DNA of 64,000 nucleotides from Bacteroidales bacterium. Lineage in GTDB: Bacteria > Bacteroidota > Bacteroidia > Bacteroidales > UBA10428. How positions within the stretch are numbered: the stretch's first letter is position 1; every line of letters starts with the position of its first letter. The notes below the pieces were generated by a model. That model was not told the origin of the DNA, searched no databases, and saw nothing but the letters and a program-made list of their open reading frames with translations. The position numbers and the translations under genes are program-made. Positions 1 through 9,942 of this stretch are shown here, in pieces. Location of the stretch: positions 656-64,655 of the forward strand of contig JAWOJJ010000130.1 in NCBI GenBank assembly GCA_046481675.1, in the 5' to 3' direction.

Positions 1-947
1 TTTAATCCCTTGGCATACAATGCCTGGGCCTGCTTGTGATTTTTGTATTTTTTCTCCTGAAGAATGCCTCTTAAAATGGTCAGCTGCGACTGATAGTATG
101 AATTTTTACTTTTATTGTAATGCAACCTGATCATGCTTTCGGCCTCATCATAACGTTTGGCCAGCAACAGGTTCTTAATGTACACTGCTATATAATTGTA
201 ATTATTGGGATAGAGCTGGTGCAATGCTTTACTGAATTGGGAAGCCTTTTGAAAATTCTTTTCGAAACTGATGTATATTCCGGAAAGGAAGGTATAAGCC
301 TCAGCTTTTAACACAATGGCATTTTTTGAAGCAATTTGAAGCTCTATCAGTCCTCTTTCCCGGTTTCCCTTTGGAAATAACAGGGCAAAAGGTTTGTAAA
401 CGGGGTGGGCGTCAGGATAAGCCTCACGGTAGTAATTGTAAAGGCCGGTAAAAAAATAAAAATCGGCATAGGTCCCGGTGTAATTGAATGATTGCTTTAT
501 ATACTGGTATGTGCCTGAAGCCAGCTGAATCACATCCATGCTGAGCTCGTTATCGGCATAAAACAGCAGCAACAAACCCCTGGCGCCCAGGTTTAAAACC
601 AGGTACTCTGCGTCATCGGCCGGGTTGTGCTTTTTCTCACAAAGTTCAATGGCATATCTCAGGTCTTTCTCAAATGACTTCCGGGCCGGTGATGTGGATA
701 TCAGCGGAAAGTTTTCCCAATAGGTAAGCAAACCCCTGTAAACATAAGTCATGGGATGCGACGGATAAGCTGAACTGATCTTCTGATAAACGTTTCTGGC
801 TTCTGCAAACTGAAGATTGTAAATATAATCCACACCCCTGCGTACCAAATGAAATGTAGCCGTATCCTTTAATACCTGTGCCATTCCGCCCGGACTCAGC
901 AGCAATGCAAAAAATAAGATCAATGCTATTTTCAGCTTTTTCCCCAT
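1..947 (-). CDS. Hypothetical secreted helical-repeat (TPR-like) protein, 3' end beyond window edge
   Basis: Own translation of the minus strand. ATG at 947-945 gives MGKKLKIALILFFALLLSPGGMAQ (signal peptide). I checked every in-frame triplet to position 3 and found no stop. Absent from the ORF track because it runs off the window. Product inferred only from helix-rich, Y/L/A-rich repeat-like composition. Confidence 0.6.
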   Translation of the reverse strand, partial: MGKKLKIALILFFALLLSPGGMAQVLKDTATFHLVRRGVDYIYNLQFAEARNVYQKISSAYPSHPMTYVYRGLLTYWENFPLISTSPARKSFEKDLRYAIELCEKKHNPADDAEYLVLNLGARGLLLLFYADNELSMDVIQLASGTYQYIKQSFNYTGTYADFYFFTGLYNYYREAYPDAHPVYKPFALLFPKGNRERGLIELQIASKNAIVLKAEAYTFLSGIYISFEKNFQKASQFSKALHQLYPNNYNYIAVYIKNLLLAKRYDEAESMIRLHYNKSKNSYYQSQLTILRGILQEKKYKNHKQAQALYAKGL

Positions 948-1038
948 CGCTTAATAAAACACAAAACAATAGTGGCATAACAGTTATCATGCCAATTAAC
1001 AGATGCAATGATAGTATTTTTAGATGAAAAAGGGAAGG

Positions 1039-2187
1039 CTAACTCCAGACGCCGGGAATCTTTTCGCCACAGAATCCGCAATTCGCGGCTTTCATGTGAT
1101 TGGCAGTTACTGTATGGCCTTTTCTTTCAATAATCAGCTTTTTGCATCGCGGGCAATATGTGCTTATTTCTTCCGAACCGCCAATATTGCCAATATAAAC
1201 AAATCTGATGCCTGCCTGCTGCGCAATCAATTTTGCTTTCTGCAACACCTGAACCGGGGTGGGGGGCAGCTGACTTAATTTATACATGGGCTGAAAACGA
1301 AGGAAATGAAGTGGCGTATCCTGAAGTCCGCTCTGAACCAACCAGTCACACATTTTCTTAATCATATCCAAATTATCGCTCCAACCCGGTATTACCAGGT
1401 TTGAAATCTCCAGCCAAACTCCTTCTTCCCTGAATATCTTCAATGAATTCAACACCGGCTGTAATTCTCCTGCGTTGAGTTTCAGATAAGTTGTATTGTC
1501 AAATGATTTCAAATCGATGGTGGCCCCGTCAATTACCTTGCACAAATTCCGTAGCGGTTTTTCATTGATATACCCGTTTGAAACAAGGACATTTCTGATA
1601 CCCTTGCTGCGCGCAATTACCGATGTATCGTATACATATTCGTAAAAGGTTACCGGCTCCGAGTAAGTATAAGCAATGGAAATACAGTTGTACTTTGCAG
1701 TTTCCTCAACAACGCGTGGCGGCATCAGGTCGTAATTCCGGGTGTCTTTCGGACTTGCCTGTGAAATCGACCAGTTCTGGCAGTTCAGACACGCAAAATT
1801 ACAACCTGCCGTGGCAATGGAAAAGGATCTGGAACCGGGCAGAAAGTGATAAAAAGGTTTTTTCTCTATGGGGTCTACATGCATGGCACAGGGATTGCCA
1901 TAGGCAATGGAATAGAGCTTATCGCGGTAATTGACCCGGTTTCGACATAAGCTTGTATCTCCGGGTTTTAATATACACTCATTCGGGCATAGCTGGCATT
2001 TCAATCCCCGGGGTGTTACCTCGTAATAAAAGCACTCCTTGCTCCATTTCCAAAGGCTGTCGAGTTCAACCTCATCTACCCTGGGCACAATGGTGCTCAT
2101 GCCTTCCATTTTGTTCATACACGCTGCACCTGCAGCAGTCATAAAGGCACTTTTTACAAAGGTCCGTTTGCTGATTTTTTCATTCAT
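1039..2187 (-). CDS. amrS: AmmeMemoRadiSam system radical SAM enzyme with Tat-like N-terminal signal
   Basis: CNFACLNCQNW (CxxxCxxC) radical SAM cluster motif. N-terminal C-x2-C-x5-C region and a C-terminal CPRC...CGFCG zinc-ribbon-like tail, typical of AmrS. Start chosen at MNEKISKRTFVKSAFMTAAGAAC (2187); the track ORF extends to 2223. Sits in an operon with the Memo/AMMECR1 fusion. Confidence 0.85.
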   Translation of the reverse strand: MNEKISKRTFVKSAFMTAAGAACMNKMEGMSTIVPRVDEVELDSLWKWSKECFYYEVTPRGLKCQLCPNECILKPGDTSLCRNRVNYRDKLYSIAYGNPCAMHVDPIEKKPFYHFLPGSRSFSIATAGCNFACLNCQNWSISQASPKDTRNYDLMPPRVVEETAKYNCISIAYTYSEPVTFYEYVYDTSVIARSKGIRNVLVSNGYINEKPLRNLCKVIDGATIDLKSFDNTTYLKLNAGELQPVLNSLKIFREEGVWLEISNLVIPGWSDNLDMIKKMCDWLVQSGLQDTPLHFLRFQPMYKLSQLPPTPVQVLQKAKLIAQQAGIRFVYIGNIGGSEEISTYCPRCKKLIIERKGHTVTANHMKAANCGFCGEKIPGVWS

Positions 2188-2197
2188 TGTACATGCC

Positions 2198-4372
2198 CTA
2201 AGCAAAGTTAGCATTTTTACCAAATAGTAGCATAATCAGTAAACCGCCCAGTACTATTGCGGAAAGCAACATGCAGGTTGCCCACATCCCCAACAGGGGC
2301 AAAAACAACGTGGACGTCAATAAAATTCCCAATGCTGCTCCGGCCAGGTCAATGGCATAAAGATTTGATGCCGTTGTGATAAATGAACTATTGGCAAGTA
2401 CGGTAGCTCTGTTAAAGGCCAGTCCCGCCATAAAGGCGATAGCTGCAATGAGGATGAACAGGGCTCCCTGAACCGCCCATGAAAGCGCTCCGGAAGAACT
2501 GGTTGCCATAATAAAAACGGCCGGGATCAAAGCTACCAGCACCATTATTGCCACTTGTACCAGGGCATAATAGCGTTTGGCGTTGCTTCCCGGCTTGTTG
2601 CGAATCATGGCACCACAGGTAAGCCCAAGCATGTATAAAGCAATGATAAGCCCTGTCATCTGGTAAATGTTTCCAAATAGCGACTGGTATACCATCAGTA
2701 CAAGGAATTCCGATGATGTACCGGCAAAACCTGTTGTAAACACGCCTGCAGAATATGGATCTGTCTTTCGGGCTGCAAACAATACGAGTGAGGAAATAAT
2801 GATCAGTGATACCCATAAAATTGTCGTCGACTTGCTGCCCTCTGCCATGTAAAGCCAATACCTGATTTGGTGCAGGTAAGCAACCGGGGTCAGGTCGGTA
2901 TTGACTGCTGCAACGGGTTCTGTAATTTCTGCAAGCAGTTGCCGGTTTTTGTAAAGCAGCAATTCATCATCAATAGAGTAGGGGGTTACATAATCGTTTT
3001 CAAGGGTTGTTTGCTGCAATCGGTCCGCAATATTCAGTCCCAACGAATCATCAGAGGCCACGAAAAAATTCCGTCCACCGGGAATGATTTCAACACAGGC
3101 AAAGGCTTTTTGCAGTGTCTGAAATACAACCCGGTTTACCTCACGGGCTTCCGTGCTCATATAGTTTGCTGTTGAAGTCAGCGATATTGAGAAAATGCCG
3201 TGAGGAGTGAGCGCTCTTTTGGCCTGCCTGAAGAAATCAAGCGTGAAATAGCGGTTCATCTGCGCGTTTGAAGGGTCAGGTGAATTGATAATGATGACAT
3301 CATACAGCTCTGTTGAATTACTGATTCGCCGCCGGGCATCATGGGTATATATCTTCAAACCCTCAAAATCCGGTATGTTTGTGAACATTTTTTCTGCCTT
3401 AACAAGCCAGGGATCGATCTCCAGGTAGTGAAGTGTCTCAACCGAATTGTATTTGAATACCTGGGCCGATATGTCGGCAATTCCGCCCGAAACGATAAGA
3501 ACCTTCTCAGGAGCCTGATGTTGTAACAGGGCATAGTGAACAGCTTCTTCGGCATGATATGGGTTGTTCGATGAAAAAAGCAACAGGTTATTTCCGTAAA
3601 AATTAACCTGTGCGTTTGATTCGGTTACGGTGATATGCTGAAACGGGGTGTCGCGGATAAAAAGAATTCGCTCATTTTTGTAGTGCAACGATTTCAACCA
3701 CAAATCTGCCGGCAGCAAAAACAGAAGCACAGCTATAACTAAGACGCTTGCAAAGGCAATGGTTTTTTTAATTCTGTTTTGTATTCCCGGATGAAGTAAA
3801 CAGGCTGCAACAAAATTGCAAAACAGGGCCAGGGCAAGCACCTGAAATGTCCTGAATAAAAAGGCAAACAGCAGACTGAATAGAATTCCGGCCAGCATAC
3901 TGCCAACAGATTCCCAGCCATAAGCAAGGGATACGCAATTCGCATTCCTGCTTTCTGACAGCAATGAAGCCAGCTTTGCAAACAACAATCCGGTTACAAA
4001 GCAACCGGGCAGCAGAAATACCAGGCAATAAACCAGGGCAATGATTAACCCGCGCGTGGTGCCGGGAGGAAACAACAGGCTGTCAACCACACCGAGCAAC
4101 GCCACCACAATTACGGGAACAATTGCTTCCAGAACAAAGAGCCACGAAATCAGCAGATGTTTGTTGACATTGAGAGAAATGCGCCGGGCACATCCTGCCC
4201 CGGCTGCTGTCAACAGCATCCACAGGCAAAAAATAAATCCCACAATGAGTTCATTGCCCTGGAACAGGTTCAGCATTTCGCGGATCACAACAAGCTGAAC
4301 CAGTATGGACGTAAAACCGAGAATAAAAAGTGCGGCAATAATTCTTCGGGACAGCTTATTCTCCGAAAACAT
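2198..4372 (-). CDS. Fused MFS-like/spermidine synthase-like polytopic membrane protein
   Basis: 724 aa. Hydrophobic N-terminal block (about 7 TM by eye), a central aminopropyl/methyltransferase fold with VLIVSGGIAD...LEIDP (SpeE-like dcSAM/SAM-binding signature), and a hydrophobic C-terminal block (about 6-7 TM). Overlaps the upstream gene by 17 nt. Confidence 0.75.
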   Translation of the reverse strand: MFSENKLSRRIIAALFILGFTSILVQLVVIREMLNLFQGNELIVGFIFCLWMLLTAAGAGCARRISLNVNKHLLISWLFVLEAIVPVIVVALLGVVDSLLFPPGTTRGLIIALVYCLVFLLPGCFVTGLLFAKLASLLSESRNANCVSLAYGWESVGSMLAGILFSLLFAFLFRTFQVLALALFCNFVAACLLHPGIQNRIKKTIAFASVLVIAVLLFLLPADLWLKSLHYKNERILFIRDTPFQHITVTESNAQVNFYGNNLLLFSSNNPYHAEEAVHYALLQHQAPEKVLIVSGGIADISAQVFKYNSVETLHYLEIDPWLVKAEKMFTNIPDFEGLKIYTHDARRRISNSTELYDVIIINSPDPSNAQMNRYFTLDFFRQAKRALTPHGIFSISLTSTANYMSTEAREVNRVVFQTLQKAFACVEIIPGGRNFFVASDDSLGLNIADRLQQTTLENDYVTPYSIDDELLLYKNRQLLAEITEPVAAVNTDLTPVAYLHQIRYWLYMAEGSKSTTILWVSLIIISSLVLFAARKTDPYSAGVFTTGFAGTSSEFLVLMVYQSLFGNIYQMTGLIIALYMLGLTCGAMIRNKPGSNAKRYYALVQVAIMVLVALIPAVFIMATSSSGALSWAVQGALFILIAAIAFMAGLAFNRATVLANSSFITTASNLYAIDLAGAALGILLTSTLFLPLLGMWATCMLLSAIVLGGLLIMLLFGKNANFA

Positions 4373-5915
4373 ACGCTTCGTAGGTATATAAATCAGCTTT
4401 TTTCCATCCGTCCCAGCCTATTCCTGCCTTATCACGGGCACAATGACCGAGAAACTCCTCAACAGTCCAGTTTGTTTGACTGGCAACCTGCGGGAGGAAG
4501 GTGCCTCCCCGGTTTCCTTTCTTGATGTAGATCCCGTGCCTGCCCAACACAATTTCATCGGGTGATGCAATCCTTTTCATGGGAGTAAGCACGGAAATTT
4601 CAATATGCGCCTGCTCCAGTTCTTCTTTAGTGAGCTTTGAAAAACGGTAATCACGTGTGGCAGCCGAAACAGCCATTTCCTGAACAATTTTATATAACGG
4701 CTCCTCAGCGTCGAATCTTCCGATGCAGCCCCGCAATCTGCCGTCGATGGTGAGTGTCACAAAAGCCCCTGAGGGTGCCAGCATCTTTTGGGTAAAGCCT
4801 TCTGTTTTAACCGGGGGAATTTCATTGTTGTCAAGATATTGCCTGATGGTTGTCCGCGCCAGTTGCAGCATCTTCTTTTTTTCGTTATCAGTCAGCTTGT
4901 ATTCTGAATCGTCTGTTATAACTTGTTTCTCAGCTACCGGTTCCATAGTTACTACAATGGCATGATAGCCAACCACCCTGTCTTTATCACCCACCCGGGC
5001 ATCCCCGGAATTCATGTACCTGATTTTGTGGTATTGTGTACCGGGAATACTCTCGGTTATTTCCAGCAACGCAAGCGTGCTGGTCCATCCACAGATGCTG
5101 GTGGCCAGGTTTGAAATGGCTTTCGATTCGTTAAACTCAAGTATGTGCCTGAATGCTGCTGATGAATTCTTAACAATAGCATTGGCTGTTGCTTCATCAA
5201 CCCGGCAGGCGTCATCATATACCGGGTAATGCGAAAAATCGGTACTGATAACAAACAGGTTCTTCCCGTTAAAATAGGGTTTCAGTGCCTCGGCTATTTT
5301 TTTGATGCTGGCCGCCCTTTGTGTTCCAATGAGTATGGGAACGATCTGCAGGTTATCGCCATAAAGGTGTTGCAGGAACGGAAGTTGCACTTCCAGGCTG
5401 TGTTCCTGTGCATGAGCTTCCGGCATCGGCCGGAACACATCCGGATTCAGGGCAATCAGCTTTTGCGACAAAGGGACGTTTACTTTCACCGTTCCCGAGG
5501 GCATGATGAAATGGCCCTGGCTGTATAGTGCGGCGCCGTCATAACTGGCACGGTGACTCGATCCGATAAGAAAAACATTGTCGTATTGCGTTTCCCCGGA
5601 AAGCTGGTTAAAGGCCGAGGCAGCAACTACTCCCGAGTAAACATACCCTGCGTGTGGCGAAATTACAGCAACAACATGATTTAGTTTTTTGCCAGGGGTG
5701 GCCTCCGCAAAAAGCCTGCTTATCTCTTGCTCCAATTCAACCCGGTTACCCGGATAAAATGTTCCGGCTACGGCAGGTTTCCGGTTAATCAGGCTGTCGC
5801 TTTCCATGTTTGTAGTTTTTGCATCGGGCAATACATAATTCGGGTGGCGGGTGCTGCATTGTGCCCCAGGTAAAATCAGCATAAGGAATAACAATGTGGC
5901 AGTTCCGGGTTTCAT
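4356..5915 (-). CDS. amrB-amrA: AmmeMemoRadiSam protein B (Memo-like) fused to protein A (AMMECR1-like), with N-terminal signal peptide
   Basis: N-terminal half: AVAGTFYPG, SPHAGYVYSG, EHSLEVQLPFLQ, STDFSHY (Memo/AmrB motifs). C-terminal half: GAFVTLTIDGRLRGCIGRF and GGTFLPQV (AMMECR1/AmrA motifs). Starts with MKPGTATLLFLMLILPGAQC. Confidence 0.88.
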   Translation of the reverse strand: MKPGTATLLFLMLILPGAQCSTRHPNYVLPDAKTTNMESDSLINRKPAVAGTFYPGNRVELEQEISRLFAEATPGKKLNHVVAVISPHAGYVYSGVVAASAFNQLSGETQYDNVFLIGSSHRASYDGAALYSQGHFIMPSGTVKVNVPLSQKLIALNPDVFRPMPEAHAQEHSLEVQLPFLQHLYGDNLQIVPILIGTQRAASIKKIAEALKPYFNGKNLFVISTDFSHYPVYDDACRVDEATANAIVKNSSAAFRHILEFNESKAISNLATSICGWTSTLALLEITESIPGTQYHKIRYMNSGDARVGDKDRVVGYHAIVVTMEPVAEKQVITDDSEYKLTDNEKKKMLQLARTTIRQYLDNNEIPPVKTEGFTQKMLAPSGAFVTLTIDGRLRGCIGRFDAEEPLYKIVQEMAVSAATRDYRFSKLTKEELEQAHIEISVLTPMKRIASPDEIVLGRHGIYIKKGNRGGTFLPQVASQTNWTVEEFLGHCARDKAGIGWDGWKKADLYTYEAYVFGE

Positions 5916-6000
5916 CAGGTAACATCCAATTATTATTAAAATTACTTCAATAATCGTTAAAATTCAAGTAGTTTTTTATGCAATTTTGTCCCGGAAATCT

Positions 6001-6879
6001 ATGGATATGCAGAAGAAAGATGTAAGTTACCGGGTTGAGGCCAACGTACCGCTGATGCAGTACCTGCTGCAAACCCTCAGTGATAGAAGCAGGGACAATG
6101 TAAAATCGCTGTTGCGCAACAAACAGGTATGGGTTAATGGCAAAGCAGTGTCACAGTTCAATCACCCGCTTTTACCCGGTGATGAAGTAGAGATACGGCG
6201 GGTACGGAAAACCGATTTGCCCCCGGCTCATTTACTGAAAATAATTTATGAAGATGAACACTTAATTGTAATCGACAAAAAGTCGGGGTTGCTCTCCGTG
6301 TCAGATGGTCACGATCATGTTACTGCTTTTGGAATCATATCGGAATGGGTAAAACATGAAGACCCTCAAAACAGGATCTATTTGGTGCATCGGCTCGATC
6401 AGCATACCTCCGGTTTGCTCATGTTTGCAAAAAGCGAAGAAGTACAGAATATTTTCAGAAACGACTGGAAGAAATACATCACCGAACGAACCTACATAGC
6501 TATAGTGGAGGGACAGGTGAAAAAGGCAGAAGGGCAGGTTCGTTCATACCTGTTGGAAAACCAGGCGCTGGTTATGATTTCAGGTCAGGATCCCTCAAAA
6601 GGCAAATATGCCATAACCCGTTACAAAACCGTGAAAACCAACAGCAGGTACTCGCTGCTTCACGTTAACCTCGAAACCGGAAGGAAAAACCAGATCCGCG
6701 TTCACATGCAGGATATCGGGCACAGTGTTGCAGGCGACCGGAAATATGGGGCTAAAACCAGTCCTATTGGCCGCTTGAGCCTTCATGCCATGGTGCTGGC
6801 CTTTACACATCCGGTAACCAGCGAACCATTGAGGTTTGAGTCTGCTGCACCCCCGGAGTTTCTTCGGCTGTTTTCATAA
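6001..6879 (+). CDS. RluA-family 23S rRNA/tRNA pseudouridine synthase with N-terminal S4-like domain
   Basis: HRLDQHTSGLLMFAK catalytic Asp motif and GRKNQIRVH motif. The track ORF starts at TTG 5986; I prefer the first ATG at 6001. Confidence 0.9.
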   Translation: MDMQKKDVSYRVEANVPLMQYLLQTLSDRSRDNVKSLLRNKQVWVNGKAVSQFNHPLLPGDEVEIRRVRKTDLPPAHLLKIIYEDEHLIVIDKKSGLLSVSDGHDHVTAFGIISEWVKHEDPQNRIYLVHRLDQHTSGLLMFAKSEEVQNIFRNDWKKYITERTYIAIVEGQVKKAEGQVRSYLLENQALVMISGQDPSKGKYAITRYKTVKTNSRYSLLHVNLETGRKNQIRVHMQDIGHSVAGDRKYGAKTSPIGRLSLHAMVLAFTHPVTSEPLRFESAAPPEFLRLFS

Positions 6880-6931
6880 GCAATTGCCGGTAAGGAATAA
6901 CTACTTTTGTTCATCTGCTACATGAGAAAAT

Positions 6932-8812
6932 ATGATAACCTATCTTAGGGTTGAGAATGCATCCCGGAATTGGGGCGAAGTGAAAATGTTCAGTAACCTG
7001 AGTTTCTGTATTAACGAAGGTGACAAGGTTGCCATTGTGGCACGCAACGGAACCGGCAAAACTACACTGCTGAATATCATTGCCGGTAAGGATAGCTTTG
7101 ATTCGGGTGAGCTTTATCTCAATAAAGACATCAAGGTGGGGTATCTTGAGCAGAATCCCCGGTTCGATTCAACGCTTACCCTGTTTGATGCTGTTTATGG
7201 ATCACCGGGAAAGCTGATGGAAACGGTACGTAATTACGAGCTTGCCTTACATGAACACAATCAGCAGCGCTTGCATGATGCATCTGCCATGATGGATTTT
7301 CATCAGGCATGGAACCTGGAAAACAAGATCAGGCAGATGTTAAGTGTTTTCAAGCTGGAAGATGAAACCATGCTTGTCGGATCACTGTCGGGTGGTCAGC
7401 TTAAACGTCTTGCTCTTGTTGTTGCCCTGATCAGTGAGCCTGATTTTATTATGCTTGATGAACCTACCAACCACCTCGACCTGGAGATGATTGAATGGCT
7501 TGAGGAATACCTCTTGAAATCGCGGATTAGCATGCTTGTTGTAACACACGATCGCTACTTTCTGGACCGGGTGTGTAATGAAATTATTGAAATAGACCAG
7601 GGCGCAGCCTATACCTATATGGGCAATTATTCCGAATTTATTCAGAAACGCGCTGAGCGGATCACAAATAAAGAAATGCAGGTAGAAAGGGCCCAAAACC
7701 TGCTTCGCAAAGAACTTGAATGGATGCGGCGGATGCCTAAGGCCCGAGGAACCAAAGCGAAATACCGCATTGATGCTTTTTATGAACTGAAAACCCGGTC
7801 GGAATACAGGCGAAACGACCAGCAGGTGAATATCCAGGTAAAAGAGTCCAGGCTGGGTAAAAAAATCCTGTTGCTCCGGGAGGTGTATAAAAAATTTGGG
7901 GAGCAGGTTATTCTCGACGGATTTACCTATTCCTTTGCCCGCGGAGAAAGGATTGGCATCATCGGACAAAATGGCACGGGAAAGTCGACTTTGCTGAATA
8001 TCATCACAGGTGTTTTAACTGCTGATTCGGGTGAAATTGAGCAGGGCGAAACAGTGATCTTTGGTTATTACCGGCAACAGGGACTGGAATTCTCACCGGG
8101 TCAGCGGGTTATTGATGTGATTCAGGATATTGCTGAATCTATTGATCTTGGAAATGGGCAGCAATTATCGGCGATGCAATTCTTGAACCAGTTTTTATTC
8201 ACCCCTGAAATGCAACACATTCAGGTTGAAAAACTCAGTGGGGGAGAGCGACGCAGGCTGTACCTCATGACCGTTCTGATGCGGAATCCGAACTTTTTAA
8301 TTCTGGATGAACCTACCAATGATTTAGATATTGCTACACTCCATGTGTTGGAAGAATACCTGGTCAATTTTGCCGGCTGTGTATTGATTGTATCACACGA
8401 CCGTTTCTTTATGGACAAGATTGTGGATCACACATTCATTTTTGAAGGAAGCGGTGTGGTGTATGATTTCCCGGGCAATTACAGTGATTATCGCGCATCG
8501 CAAAAGAAACAGGCTGCGGAATTGAAACAAAGCGAAATGCCCGGAAAAAATAAAACAAGTACTGCCGGTAATCAGGTTAACCCAAACACAGCAAAGAAAA
8601 AACCAACCTTTAAAGAGAAAAGGGAATTTGAACAGTTGACTGCCGAGTTGGAATCACTTGAAGATGAAAAGAAGTCACTTGAAGTGCTGCTTGGCAATGG
8701 CAATTTGGGTTCTGACGAGCTGGTAAAACATGCCAGCCGAATTGCAGAAATCATCACCCTGATTGATCAGAAAACAGACCGGTGGCTCGAATTAAGTGAA
8801 TTTGCAGGTTAA
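6932..8812 (+). CDS. ABC-F family ATPase (Uup/YbiT-like, no membrane domain)
   Basis: Two ABC cassettes (GKTTLLNII / LSGGQLKRLAL and GTGKSTLLNII / LSGGERRRLYL), an inter-domain linker, and a K/E-rich coiled-coil C-terminus. Confidence 0.92.
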   Translation: MITYLRVENASRNWGEVKMFSNLSFCINEGDKVAIVARNGTGKTTLLNIIAGKDSFDSGELYLNKDIKVGYLEQNPRFDSTLTLFDAVYGSPGKLMETVRNYELALHEHNQQRLHDASAMMDFHQAWNLENKIRQMLSVFKLEDETMLVGSLSGGQLKRLALVVALISEPDFIMLDEPTNHLDLEMIEWLEEYLLKSRISMLVVTHDRYFLDRVCNEIIEIDQGAAYTYMGNYSEFIQKRAERITNKEMQVERAQNLLRKELEWMRRMPKARGTKAKYRIDAFYELKTRSEYRRNDQQVNIQVKESRLGKKILLLREVYKKFGEQVILDGFTYSFARGERIGIIGQNGTGKSTLLNIITGVLTADSGEIEQGETVIFGYYRQQGLEFSPGQRVIDVIQDIAESIDLGNGQQLSAMQFLNQFLFTPEMQHIQVEKLSGGERRRLYLMTVLMRNPNFLILDEPTNDLDIATLHVLEEYLVNFAGCVLIVSHDRFFMDKIVDHTFIFEGSGVVYDFPGNYSDYRASQKKQAAELKQSEMPGKNKTSTAGNQVNPNTAKKKPTFKEKREFEQLTAELESLEDEKKSLEVLLGNGNLGSDELVKHASRIAEIITLIDQKTDRWLELSEFAG

Positions 8813-8844
8813 TTGTGCTCAAGGCCGGAAAAATGATCCTGTCA

Positions 8845-9942
8845 CTAATTAAGTGTTAGCTTCTCAATTGCTTTATCCAGAGGTAGGTCTTTGTGCATTA
8901 CTAAAGGTCCCCAATGATCCGGTACATAAAAATCCGGAGTCAATCCGATACCTTCAAGATACCTTCCTTTTGAATCAACCAGCAGACTTCCTTCAGGCGT
9001 ATAAACAACCTGGCCGCCTATGCGAAAACACCAACCATTAGGTAATAGTCTTTCGTTTACCGACGAAAAAGCACCGCAGGTCGTATCGCCAACAGTAAAT
9101 ACACCTTTCTGGCTTTTCATTCCCAAAATAAAATGCTCTGAAGAACTCGCCGTGTAACTGTTCATCAGGATAGCTATAGGTTTATTTTTTAAACAATCGG
9201 CGTGGGGTCGTATCCGATGTTCAAACATTTCTGAGAAATCATTGTGTGATGGGCCATTCCTGTATTTCGACTTCAAAAAAACTTGGGGCTCATTGGCAAA
9301 TCTGTTGAGCGTTTTTACGAATGATTCCGTATTACCGCCGCCATTAAACCTCAAATCAATGATAACCGCATCAAGCAACTGAAAATCATCAACGGCAGAC
9401 TGAATAAATGAGTCCGGAAAATGATCCAGACTGAACGAGGGGAGGTTGATGTAGCCAATTTTCTTCTGGTTCACATATACAGTGCCATAAAAGAACATCC
9501 AACCTTCAACTTCAACGGATGTATAGATGTTATTAAGATAAGATGCTCTTACTGTTATAAAATGCTTTCTGACATCATCCATCGATCGTGTGTAACTGTC
9601 AACATAAAAAGATTTATCACGCCGGTTCCACGATCGGAAAAAGGAACCACCGGAAGTTTTCAGGTCAGTGTGACCATCATTGATTTCGTGAAGCAAGCCG
9701 CACATAGCTCCAAATAGCTCGTTATCTGACGACGAATTGGTTACCCTGCTTCCATAAACTTGCTTTAAGGAGTCCCAGTTCAGGCTTTTCGCAGCCATGG
9801 CCCCATATCCAATATCAAATTCGTGCCAGAGTGTTTCAAAATTTCCCAAAGGGGTATTGGAGAATTCTGTGGTTAACAATGATTTCTCGCATCCCGCTAG
9901 CAAGATGTTGCAAAACATCAGTATGATTACTGCATATTTCAT
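8845..9942 (-). CDS. S41-family (tail-specific/C-terminal processing-like) peptidase, probable lipoprotein
   Basis: DLRFNGGGN and TASSSEHF region typical of peptidase S41. Start set at MKYAVIILMFCNILLAGC (lipobox-like LAGC). Its ATG overlaps the stop of the upstream gene (ATGA, 9939-9942). Confidence 0.8.
   Translation of the reverse strand: MKYAVIILMFCNILLAGCEKSLLTTEFSNTPLGNFETLWHEFDIGYGAMAAKSLNWDSLKQVYGSRVTNSSSDNELFGAMCGLLHEINDGHTDLKTSGGSFFRSWNRRDKSFYVDSYTRSMDDVRKHFITVRASYLNNIYTSVEVEGWMFFYGTVYVNQKKIGYINLPSFSLDHFPDSFIQSAVDDFQLLDAVIIDLRFNGGGNTESFVKTLNRFANEPQVFLKSKYRNGPSHNDFSEMFEHRIRPHADCLKNKPIAILMNSYTASSSEHFILGMKSQKGVFTVGDTTCGAFSSVNERLLPNGWCFRIGGQVVYTPEGSLLVDSKGRYLEGIGLTPDFYVPDHWGPLVMHKDLPLDKAIEKLTLN

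Noticed and set aside
670-1008. 112-aa minus-strand ORF from the track (also 120-311 plus strand)
   Set aside because: Both overlap, in other frames, the much longer open frame 1-947 (minus). That frame has a convincing signal peptide and no stop all the way to the window edge.
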